Shown here piece by piece: positions 104,540 to 112,824 of a stretch of 124,000 nucleotides of DNA. Source of the DNA: Hyalangium minutum (GTDB taxonomy: Bacteria > Myxococcota > Myxococcia > Myxococcales > Myxococcaceae); NCBI RefSeq assembly GCF_000737315.1, contig NZ_JMCB01000008.1, forward strand, positions 20,001-144,000, in the 5' to 3' direction. Under the pieces are notes generated by a model, which saw only the letters and a list, made by a program, of their open reading frames with translations, searched no databases and was not told where the DNA came from. A program made the position numbers and the translations under genes. Each line of letters starts with the position of its first letter. Position 1 is the first letter of the stretch.

Positions 104540-105140
104540 CCATGACCGAAGACCATGGCCGTCTGGCCCAGCACTTCGCGCCGCTTCATCTCCTCCCATA
104601 GCTCTAGCCCCTCGCGTGAGCGCTCGCCGATGCCAGCAAACACCGCGACGCCACGCAGGTGCTCCACCGCATTGCGGATGAACTCCGTCAGGATGATTGT
104701 CTTGCCGACCCCCGCGCCGCCAAAGACCGCCGCTCGCCCGCCGTGGGTGAAGGGAGAGAACAGGGCGATGGCCTTGATGCCCGTCGGGTAGAGCTGTCCC
104801 GCCCGTTGGAGCTGCGATGCCCTCGGTGGTGCACGATAGAGCGAGGCCCGCTGGAGCCCCTGGAGCGGCAGGCCGCCATCGAGCACCCGTCCGTGGAGAT
104901 CAATGACCCGGCCCAGCAGCTCGGAACCCACCGGCACAGTCAGTGGCGAGCCTTCGCTGACCACCGGATAACCCCGGCGCAGTCCTCGAGTCGAATCGAG
105001 TGCGCTCCATCCAGCTGACAATGAAGGGCCGATGCCAGCGGAGGCACCTGGTTCTGGAAGCGAACATCCACCACCGTGCCGCGCACCGCGACGACCTGGC
105101 CTTGGAACCGGGGGCTCTGTGAGGGCAGCTGGAAGGCCAT
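104540..105140 (-). pseudogene. atpD: Frameshifted, truncated F-type ATPase beta subunit
   Basis: G.VV.VRG.VVDV.F in one frame; ALDSTRGLRRG, TGIK.I, GGAGVGKT, GIGERSREG in another; stops at MVFG. Confidence 0.85.
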
Positions 105141-105168
105141 CGACACACCCGTCCACTCTTCCAATGCC

Positions 105169-105846
105169 TCATGCGCTCACTGTGGCTTCCATGGGCTTGT
105201 CGAGCCCGGCCTCCAAGGCTTCCGCGCGCTGCCGGATGCCCAACAACATCTTCCGCTCCATCAAGAAGTGAAGAGGGCCCAGGAAGAAGGCAACGAGTGG
105301 ATCTCCCGGTCTCCAGAAGTAGCTGGTGCGGACGCGGGAGACCATGCGCGTGAACCCGTTTTGCGGATAGAGCCCCAACGACCAGCTCACCTGGGACTGC
105401 CCTGGCGGCTCCTCGGGACGGGAACCGACCACCAGCGAGCCATAGGGCTCCACGGCCCTCACCGGCAAGTGCAGGCCGCGGCCCGTCGGAATCGTGTCTC
105501 CTGGCTCCAGCGTCTGGAACTCGGGCAGCAAGTGCTCCACGGTGGAGATGCGAAGCCCCGCCAGCCGCTCCATCCACTCGTAGCTGTAGAAGCCCTGGGA
105601 CCCCACCCCAAGCCGAACCAGCCAGGGCCAGATCGCCTCCGGTCGCGCGCGGACGGTAATGGCACGGTTCGAGACGTAGAAGGGCCTCTGTACCAGCTCG
105701 TCGCCGGGCATGGGACGCGTGAACTCCTCCTGAGTGGCTCCCCATCTCAAGTGCCAGGGACGCAGGATGAGCCAGTAGGCGGCGAGTCCACCCGTGCCCA
105801 CGGCGGTCAGCACGCTGGCGAAGCGGAGTCTCTTGTCGCGGCGCAT
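105169..105846 (-). CDS. SRPBCC-like protein
   Basis: WGAT.EE...MPGD.L, RAITV.A.PE.IWPWL, FLMERKML.GI..RAE. Confidence 0.75.
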   Translation of the reverse strand: MRRDKRLRFASVLTAVGTGGLAAYWLILRPWHLRWGATQEEFTRPMPGDELVQRPFYVSNRAITVRARPEAIWPWLVRLGVGSQGFYSYEWMERLAGLRISTVEHLLPEFQTLEPGDTIPTGRGLHLPVRAVEPYGSLVVGSRPEEPPGQSQVSWSLGLYPQNGFTRMVSRVRTSYFWRPGDPLVAFFLGPLHFLMERKMLLGIRQRAEALEAGLDKPMEATVSA

Positions 105847-105965
105847 GGCATCCTCCTCGGCACGTCGAACGAGCTGCCCTGAGATTGGGAGATGGCTTGC
105901 CTCCCTGCCATGGGACGAGGGGGAGGGTCAGCCGGCCTGGCGCATGGCGCTGTCCCTCACCCTGG

Positions 105966-106168
105966 AGTACGAGCCATGCGTCGACCGTGGATGCGCCCGC
106001 GCTCGATGCGTTGAGACTCGTGAGTTCGCGCTGAAGAAACCTGGAGCGAGGAGCGAGATTGCCGCAGGGTGCCGCTCACGGCGCCGTGGAGCAGTTCCTG
106101 GGCCTGCCGCCTGTTCCGTGTCAACGGCTGGCCATCCGCGCCACCGACGGGTCCGGAGCAGCGCCTGA
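105966..106168 (+). pseudogene. Promoter block and collapsed hydB of hydrogenase copy 2
   Basis: Same upstream block as 88986; GAGCAGTTC resembles the hydB start region; GCCATCCGCGCC...GGAGCAGCGCCTGAGAGGAG equals the hydB end at 90244-90288. Confidence 0.75.
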
Positions 106169-106177
106169 GAGGAGATC

Positions 106178-106639
106178 ATGCCGCAGCCCCTTCCGCCCCT
106201 CGAACAGCACCCCTTCCTGCGCGGGCTCTCTCCCGAGCAACTGAGCGCCATTGCCTGCAAGGTCCGCGAGCAATCCTTCCCGGCGGGAGCCCTCCTGCTG
106301 CGCGAGGGCGATCCGGCGGACACGCTCTACCTGGTGCGCAGTGGGAAGGTGGTGCTGGAACAGAACGTGCCTGGCAGGGGCCCCACTTTGCTCGAGACGT
106401 TGAAGGCCGGCGACATCCTCGGCCTGTCCTGGCTGTTCCCACCCTTCCGCTGGCATCTGGATGCGCGGGCGGTAGAGTCCGTGGACACTTTCGCGCTCGA
106501 TGCCTCCTGCATGCGCGGCCCCTCGCCGGAGCACCCCGTGCTGGAGCCTGCGCTGGCCATGCGCCTGCTGCGTCAGCTCTACGACCGGCTGGAGCGCGTC
106601 CGGCTGCAGCGGCTCGATGTCTACAAGGCGGGAGCATGA
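106178..106639 (+). CDS. Stand-alone cyclic-nucleotide-binding protein of the hyd operon
   Basis: HPFL.GL, REG..AD..YL.RSG.V, GD.LG.SWL.PP.RW..DA.A; no HTH. Confidence 0.85.
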   Translation: MPQPLPPLEQHPFLRGLSPEQLSAIACKVREQSFPAGALLLREGDPADTLYLVRSGKVVLEQNVPGRGPTLLETLKAGDILGLSWLFPPFRWHLDARAVESVDTFALDASCMRGPSPEHPVLEPALAMRLLRQLYDRLERVRLQRLDVYKAGA

Positions 106640-107493
106640 GCCTCGACGTTCCACACGTCCCTGGCGTCGCCGGCCCGCTGACGCCCGAACCGCTCCGCGT
106701 GCGGAGCCTCCGCCGCGAGACGGCCGACACGTGGACTGTATCGCTCGATGTCTCCTCACGCCCGGGTGGCTTCCCGTTCCAGCCGGGCCAGTTCAACATG
106801 CTGTACGTCTTCGGCGTGGGCGAGGTGGCCATCTCCATCAGCGGAGACCCCAGCCGGCCGGCCGAGCTGATCCACACCGTCCGAGCCGTGGGAGCCACCA
106901 CCCGCGCGCTGTGCCGAGTGGGCCGAGGCGGCATGCTTGGCGTCCGAGGTCCCTACGGCCGGCCCTGGCCACTGGAGGAGGCACGTGGCCAGGACGTCGT
107001 CGTGGTGGCCGGCGGACTCGGCCTTGCCCCCCTCCGCTCCGTCATCCTTCACCTGCTGCGCCACCGCGAGAAGTACGGCCAGGTGTTGCTGCTGGTGGGG
107101 GCCCGCACACCGGAGGATCTGCCCTTCCGCCGGGACCTGGAGCGCTGGCAAGCGGACTCGCGGCTGCGGGTGCTCGTCACCGTGGACAAGGCGAGCCCTG
107201 GCTGGAAGGAACACGTAGGCGTGGTGCCTGCGCTGCTGCGTGACGTGGCGGTGGATCCAGCGCGCACAGTGGCGCTGATGTGCGGCCCCGAGGTGATGAT
107301 GCGCTTCACCGTGCGCGAGCTGGAGCGGCTGGGCGTGCCCGACGCGCGCATCCACCTGTCGCTGGAGCGCAACATGAAGTGCGCGGTGGCCTTCTGCGGG
107401 CATTGCCAGCTCGTGCCGTACTTCCTCTGCAAGGACGGGCCGGTGTTCTCCTACGACCGGCTCCGGTCCTTCATCAGCCTCCGCGAGGTGTGA
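106636..107493 (+). CDS. hydG: Group 3b hydrogenase gamma (FAD/NAD(P), 2Fe-2S) subunit
   Basis: [53 protein letters not shown]. Confidence 0.9.
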   Translation: MSLDVPHVPGVAGPLTPEPLRVRSLRRETADTWTVSLDVSSRPGGFPFQPGQFNMLYVFGVGEVAISISGDPSRPAELIHTVRAVGATTRALCRVGRGGMLGVRGPYGRPWPLEEARGQDVVVVAGGLGLAPLRSVILHLLRHREKYGQVLLLVGARTPEDLPFRRDLERWQADSRLRVLVTVDKASPGWKEHVGVVPALLRDVAVDPARTVALMCGPEVMMRFTVRELERLGVPDARIHLSLERNMKCAVAFCGHCQLVPYFLCKDGPVFSYDRLRSFISLREV

Positions 107494-107494
107494 G

Positions 107495-108274
107495 ATGGCG
107501 CGCAAGCGGAAGCGACCCACACTCGCGGTCTGGAAGTTCGCCTCGTGCGATGGGTGCCAGCTCACCGTGCTGAACCTGGAGGACGAGCTGCTCACGCTGG
107601 CGGACTCCGTGCGCATCGTCCACTTCGCCGAAGCCACCAGCGTGTCCCTGAAGGGAATGTACGACGTCTCGCTCGTGGACGGCTCCATCACCACACCCCA
107701 TGACGCCGAGCGCATCCGCGAGGTGCGGCGGCAGTCGCGCCGGCTGGTGAGCATCGGGGCCTGCGCCACCGCGGGTGGCATCCAGGCGCTGCGCAACTTC
107801 AAGGATGTCCAGGGCTTCCTCTCCAGCGTCTACGCGAAGCCCGAGTACATCGAGACACTGGCCACCTCCACAGCCATTGCGGACCACGTGCCGGTGGACT
107901 TCGAGCTGCGGGGCTGCCCCATCAACAAGCGGCAACTGCTGGAGGTGCTGAGCGCCTTCCTCCAGGAGCGGCGGCCCAACGTGCCGAGCCACAGCGTGTG
108001 CGTGGAGTGCAAGCTGCGCGGCAACGTGTGCGTCATGGTGACGGGTACACCGTGCCTGGGGCCCGTGACGCATGCCGGCTGCGGGGCACTCTGCCCTACG
108101 TACCAACGCGGCTGCTACGGCTGCTTCGGGCCCATGGAGACACCCAACACCGCCTCTCTGGCCCGCGCCTTCCAGGCCGCGGGGCGCTCGGAGGCGGAGC
108201 TCGTCCGGGCCTTCCGCAACTTCAACGCGAACGCCCCGGCATTCCGTGAGGAGAGCGAGCGCCATGAAGAATAG
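107495..108274 (+). CDS. hydD: Group 3b hydrogenase small (delta) subunit
   Basis: [40 protein letters not shown]. Confidence 0.92.
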   Translation: MARKRKRPTLAVWKFASCDGCQLTVLNLEDELLTLADSVRIVHFAEATSVSLKGMYDVSLVDGSITTPHDAERIREVRRQSRRLVSIGACATAGGIQALRNFKDVQGFLSSVYAKPEYIETLATSTAIADHVPVDFELRGCPINKRQLLEVLSAFLQERRPNVPSHSVCVECKLRGNVCVMVTGTPCLGPVTHAGCGALCPTYQRGCYGCFGPMETPNTASLARAFQAAGRSEAELVRAFRNFNANAPAFREESERHEE

Positions 108275-109045
108275 GACGCGAACCCTCCAGGTAGACTCCC
108301 TCACGCGCCTGGAGGGAGGGCAAGGCCACGAATGTGCGCCTGGCCATCTGCGAGCCGCCACGCTTCTTCGGAGCCCTGCTGCGCGGGCGTTCGTACCTGG
108401 AGGCGCCCGACATCACCTCGCGGATCTGCGGCAGTACCGCGCTCATGTCCATCCTGGGTGGCCCATCCATCCATCCGCCTGAGGCCACCGCCGCCGTTCC
108501 CCGCGAGGCAGAGCACATTCTACGGACCCTCACCCTCTCGAAGCAGGAGCGGAGCCTTCCACTTCGCCGCCCATGCGCGGGGCACCAAGGCGGAGGGGGC
108601 GCGGCTCTTTCTGGAACTCATCCACGTGAGCGCACGGTGCCGGGCTCTTGTGGACACACCTACGCCCCGGAGCACCACGTGCTGCGATGCCCGGCTTGTG
108701 GCGGCACGGAGGGAGTGGAGGGAGGAGCCGAGGGTGATCCGGCTGGCCATCACCGTGCAAGGCGTGGTGCAGGGCGTGGGCTTCCGCCCCTTCGTCCACG
108801 CCGCCGCCATGGGCTGGTGGGATGGGTACGCAATAGCACCGACGGGGTCCGCATCGAGGTGGAGGGGCCAGTTCCCAGGGTGGAGGACTTCCGGCAGTCC
108901 CTCGAGCGTGAAGCTCCGCCCGCCGCCCGGGTAGCTCGCGCAGCAGTCCCCCGGACACGATGAGGACCTCCGCATCCTCGACAGTGACCCGAGCGCTCCT
109001 CCTCGGCCCATCATCCCGGCGGATCTGGCCACCTGCCCGGAGTGC
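108264..109045 (+). pseudogene. Collinear multi-deletion relic of hydA, protease, hypA and hypF (copy 2)
   Basis: Successive segments match 90393-90590, 90840-90875, 92085-92155, 92292-92450 and 92511-92838 in the same order. Confidence 0.88.
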
Positions 109046-109300
109046 GCCCTCAAGTCGCACCGGCACCTCCGCGGGCCGTTCGTCTTCTGCGATGCCCAGG
109101 GAACCTCCCTCAAGCCTCAAGAACGACGCCTGCCGGGACACCCTCCTCCGAGCCCACAAGCGGGCGGGCCTACGTCCCATCGGCTGGCACACGATGCGAC
109201 ACACGTTCGCCGGCCACTGGGTCATGCGGGGGGTACCTCTCAAGGCCGTCCAGCGCGGACGTCAAGAAGGACGCCGTCCGGGCGCTCAAGGGTCGCACTG
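109046..109300 (+). mobile_element. Tyrosine integrase C-terminal relic
   Basis: HRHLRGPFVFC, RAHKRAGLRPIGWHTMRHTF..H.VMRGVPLKAVQ, then jumps to DVKKDAVRAL; the LGH..Y segment is missing; ends about 55 bp from the tRNA-Leu 3' end. Confidence 0.8.
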
Positions 109301-109354
109301 GGGCACCTGGTGCGGGACGAGGAGAATTTCCCAGTGAAGTCCGGTGGTTAAGAA

Positions 109355-109440
109355 TGCACGAGCCGGGGATCGAACCCGGACGGCCCTTACGGGCCAGCGG
109401 ATTTTAAGTCCGCTGCGTCTGCCTGTTCCGCCACTCGTGC
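109355..109440 (-). tRNA. tRNA-Leu(TAA)
   Basis: GCACGAG/CTCGTGC acceptor stem, GCGGA-CTTAAAA-TCCGC anticodon arm, long variable arm GGCCCGTAAGGGCC, GGTTCGATCCC. Confidence 0.97.
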
Positions 109441-109540
109441 CCGAGCGCCACAACGGTGTCGGGACCATCTCTCAACTGCTGGACGGCCGCAATGCGCTCA
109501 ACGGTCGATTCCGGCCCGCCCTTGTTATAAAGCGCCCGCC

Positions 109541-111184
109541 ATGCTCGAGACTGTCACCAAGGGCTTCCGCTCCGCCAAGAACCGCCTCGCCGGCAAGAGC
109601 GAGCTCACGCAGGATGTGGTGGATGAGTCACTGCGCGACATCCGCGTCTCCCTGTTGGAGGCGGACGTCGCCTTCGATGTGGTGAAGAAGTTCGTCGCCC
109701 GCGTCCGCGAGAAGACCGTGGGCGAGGTGGTGCAGACGACCATCACGGACAAGTCCGGCCAGAAGCGGAAGGTGAGCCCGGCGGACTACTTCGTGAAGAT
109801 CTGCCACGACGAGCTCGAGGCCCTGATGGGGCCGGTGGACACGAGCCTGAAGCTCAAGCCCAAGGGGCAGCTGAGCGGCATCATGATGGTGGGCCTGCAG
109901 GGCTCAGGTAAGACGACGACCACGGGCAAGCTCGCCAACCGGCTGCTCCAAGAGGGACGCAAGCCGCTGCTGGTGGCGGCGGACATCTACCGTCCGGCCG
110001 CCGTGGACCAGCTGAAGGTGCTGGGCGAGAAGCTGAAGGTGCCGGTGTACTTCGAGCCCAACGTGCCGCCACCGGAGCTGGCGGCGCGCGGGTACGCTGC
110101 GGCGCGGGACCAGAAGTGCGACGTGGTGCTGATCGACACGGCGGGCCGGCTTGCCATCGACGAGGCACTGATGGCGGAGCTGGAGTCCATCAAGGGCAAG
110201 GTGCACCCGGACAACATCCTGCTGGTGTGCGACGCGATGATTGGCCAGGACGCGGTGCGCACGGCGGCCGAGTTCGACCGGCGGTTGACGCTGGACGGCT
110301 TCATCCTGACGAAGCTGGACGGTGACGCGCGTGGTGGCGCGGCGCTGTCGATCAAGGAAGTGACGGGGAAGCCGATCAAGTTCCTCGGCATGGGCGAGTC
110401 GATGGACAAGCTCGAAGAGTTCCGGCCGGACGGGCTTGCGGGCCGGATTCTCGGGTTTGGCGACATCGTCGGCCTGATGAAGGACTTCGAGAAGGTCGTC
110501 GACGAGAAGAAGGCCGAGGAGGACGCGCGCAAGCTGCTGTCCGGCAACTTCTCGATGAAGGACTTCGTGGAGCAGATCCGGATGGTGCGGCGGATGGGGC
110601 CGCTGAAGGACCTGCTGGAGAAGTTCCCGTTGTTCGGGGATCTGACGGAGCAGCTGAACCCGGACGAGAAGGAGCTGACGAAGATCGAGGCGATGTATGA
110701 CTCGATGACGGAGAAGGAGCGGCTGCGGCCGGACCTGATCAACGCAAGCCGGGTGGAGCGCATCGCGAAGGGCAGTGGGCGCAAGGCGGAGGACGTGCGC
110801 GAGCTGCTGCAGAAGTTCGGGATGATGCAGCAGGTGATGGGGACGATTGGTCAGAATCCGGGGTTGCTGGGACGGATTCCGGGGTTCAAGCAGCTGGGGC
110901 AGCTGTCTCAGATGAAGAACATGGACCTGTCGGGCCTGATGGGGAACGACAAGCTGATGCAGCAGGCGATGAGCGGCATGGGAGGCATGGGAGGCATGCC
111001 CATGCAGCTGCCGCAGATCGCGCCGGGCTACACGCCTCCGATGGGCCAGGCGGCGATGGCGAAGGCGCGGCTGATGGGCTACGCGCCGCCGTCGGCGGCG
111101 GGCAAGCCGGAGGACAAGGACGCCATCAAGGAGCGCCGCAAGCGCGAGAAGGCGAACCGGAAGAAGAACCGGAAGAAGAAGTAG
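109541..111184 (+). CDS. ffh: Signal recognition particle protein
   Basis: GLQGSGKTT, DTAGR, TKLD.DARGGAALS, M domain. Confidence 0.97.
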   Translation: MLETVTKGFRSAKNRLAGKSELTQDVVDESLRDIRVSLLEADVAFDVVKKFVARVREKTVGEVVQTTITDKSGQKRKVSPADYFVKICHDELEALMGPVDTSLKLKPKGQLSGIMMVGLQGSGKTTTTGKLANRLLQEGRKPLLVAADIYRPAAVDQLKVLGEKLKVPVYFEPNVPPPELAARGYAAARDQKCDVVLIDTAGRLAIDEALMAELESIKGKVHPDNILLVCDAMIGQDAVRTAAEFDRRLTLDGFILTKLDGDARGGAALSIKEVTGKPIKFLGMGESMDKLEEFRPDGLAGRILGFGDIVGLMKDFEKVVDEKKAEEDARKLLSGNFSMKDFVEQIRMVRRMGPLKDLLEKFPLFGDLTEQLNPDEKELTKIEAMYDSMTEKERLRPDLINASRVERIAKGSGRKAEDVRELLQKFGMMQQVMGTIGQNPGLLGRIPGFKQLGQLSQMKNMDLSGLMGNDKLMQQAMSGMGGMGGMPMQLPQIAPGYTPPMGQAAMAKARLMGYAPPSAAGKPEDKDAIKERRKREKANRKKNRKKK

Positions 111185-111432
111185 GACTCCCCTCCTTCAG
111201 AGCCTCGGACGCGCCCCTTCCGTTTCAGGGACCGTCCGAGGTGTAGCCAAGGCCCAACCGTCTCGCGGCGTGGACTCCTCGTCTACGGCGGCGGACGGTG
111301 TGAGCGCCGGACGGAACAGCCAGCCACTGGCATTGGCGTCCAAAACCGTCTTTTCTGCTGAGAATTGGGCCCTTTAGCGGGCGAGGCATATCCACGAAGG
111401 GAGTGGACCGCCTTTTGCTCTGGAAGCGTGGC

Positions 111433-112779
111433 ATGACCCTTCTCAATCGTTTCATCCCCTTGGTTGTGGCTGTTCTGATGTCTGCCTGCATCAATGTTCC
111501 CGAGGTAGGGGACCCCCTTCCGAATCCGGAAGTCCCGGATGGGGGCACCAAGCCGGACGGAGGAGTTCCTGCGGACTCGACCCCGCCAACCCTCACTGCA
111601 ACGGTGCCAACGCACGGCTCGACCAACGTGACCACGAGCCCTCAGTTCCAGTTCACCTTCTCCGAGCCCATGAATGTGGGCACGGTGCAGGTATCAATCG
111701 CACCTATGGTGGCGCTCAGCACTGGAGTTTGGACGAGCAACAACACCCAGCTCACGCTGCAGCCACTGGCGGCGCTGGCCCAGAACACGACCTACATGCT
111801 GTCGGTGGACGGCAAGGACGTGGCGGGCAACGCGCTAACGGACCGAAAGCAATTCTCGTTCGAGACAACGGGGCCTGCGCCCGACACCACACCGCCAACC
111901 ATCCTCGCCATCAGCCCGTCCTACGGAGCCATCGGGGTGGCACAGAGCGCGACCTTCACCGTGACGTTCTCAGAGCCGATGGACAAAGCCTCGGCCCAGA
112001 CCGCTTTCGCCATCACGTCGCCTTCGGGGTTCAACGCTGGCGTCTTCACCTGGAGCGCGGAAGGAACCGTGATGACGTTCAACCCAGACACGGACTTTCC
112101 TTACGGAACAACCGTGGGATGGCAAGTCTCGATGGCCGCCAAGGACTTGGCTGGAAACACACTGGAGAGCGCCACGGCCGCCTCGTTCCGCGCCATTCGA
112201 GTGAACACGGTTACGATTGACTTCGATCCTTACACAAGCGGCTCTGCACTTGCTCCCGATTACGCCAGAACAAGTGCCCTCTACAATCTTGAGAACGTTG
112301 GCGACAATACCCAGAATCGCGAGGTGCGGCTCTTTATCGGCTTCAAACTCGATGTCCTGCCAGAAAATCTAGCCCGCATCGCTGACTGCAGACTCAAATG
112401 GTTCACATCAAGCCAACAGGGCAGCCCTTTCTCTTCCCTTGGAAGACTCCTTCTTGAAAGAGTCTTCATTGGCGAATCGATTGCATTTTCAACCACGGAC
112501 ACAACCAACCCAAGCTCAAAAGGTCAATATGAGTCAGCCGCTTTAGGCTCGCCCATTATTGTCCTGAACAGTGCCATTCCTGCCACCCTGACTTCCGAAG
112601 TCACATCGCTCGTGGCGCTTGACTGGCTTGAGAGAACCAACCGCAACTCCAAGCGTTCTCAGTTCAGACTGCGCTTTGAGGTTCCAAGCAACAATGATGG
112701 CCTCCGTGACACCATCGTCTCGGACGTGGAGCAAACCCCCAAGCTGGCAGAACTTCTCATCACCTATGAATACCCTTAA
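111433..112779 (+). CDS. Lipoprotein with two Ig-like (Big_5-type) domains and a divergent C-terminal domain
   Basis: AVLMSAC lipobox; two DxTPP...FSEPM...KDxAGN.L repeats. Confidence 0.8.
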   Translation: MTLLNRFIPLVVAVLMSACINVPEVGDPLPNPEVPDGGTKPDGGVPADSTPPTLTATVPTHGSTNVTTSPQFQFTFSEPMNVGTVQVSIAPMVALSTGVWTSNNTQLTLQPLAALAQNTTYMLSVDGKDVAGNALTDRKQFSFETTGPAPDTTPPTILAISPSYGAIGVAQSATFTVTFSEPMDKASAQTAFAITSPSGFNAGVFTWSAEGTVMTFNPDTDFPYGTTVGWQVSMAAKDLAGNTLESATAASFRAIRVNTVTIDFDPYTSGSALAPDYARTSALYNLENVGDNTQNREVRLFIGFKLDVLPENLARIADCRLKWFTSSQQGSPFSSLGRLLLERVFIGESIAFSTTDTTNPSSKGQYESAALGSPIIVLNSAIPATLTSEVTSLVALDWLERTNRNSKRSQFRLRFEVPSNNDGLRDTIVSDVEQTPKLAELLITYEYP

Positions 112780-112824
112780 GATTGCGGTATTCGTGCATTC
112801 TTCGAGTGCAATTCGATGCTTTGG

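Noticed and set aside
109183-109200. TGGCAC...TGC sigma-54-like motif
   Set aside because: Lies within integrase codons (WHTMR) and the -12 element is imperfect
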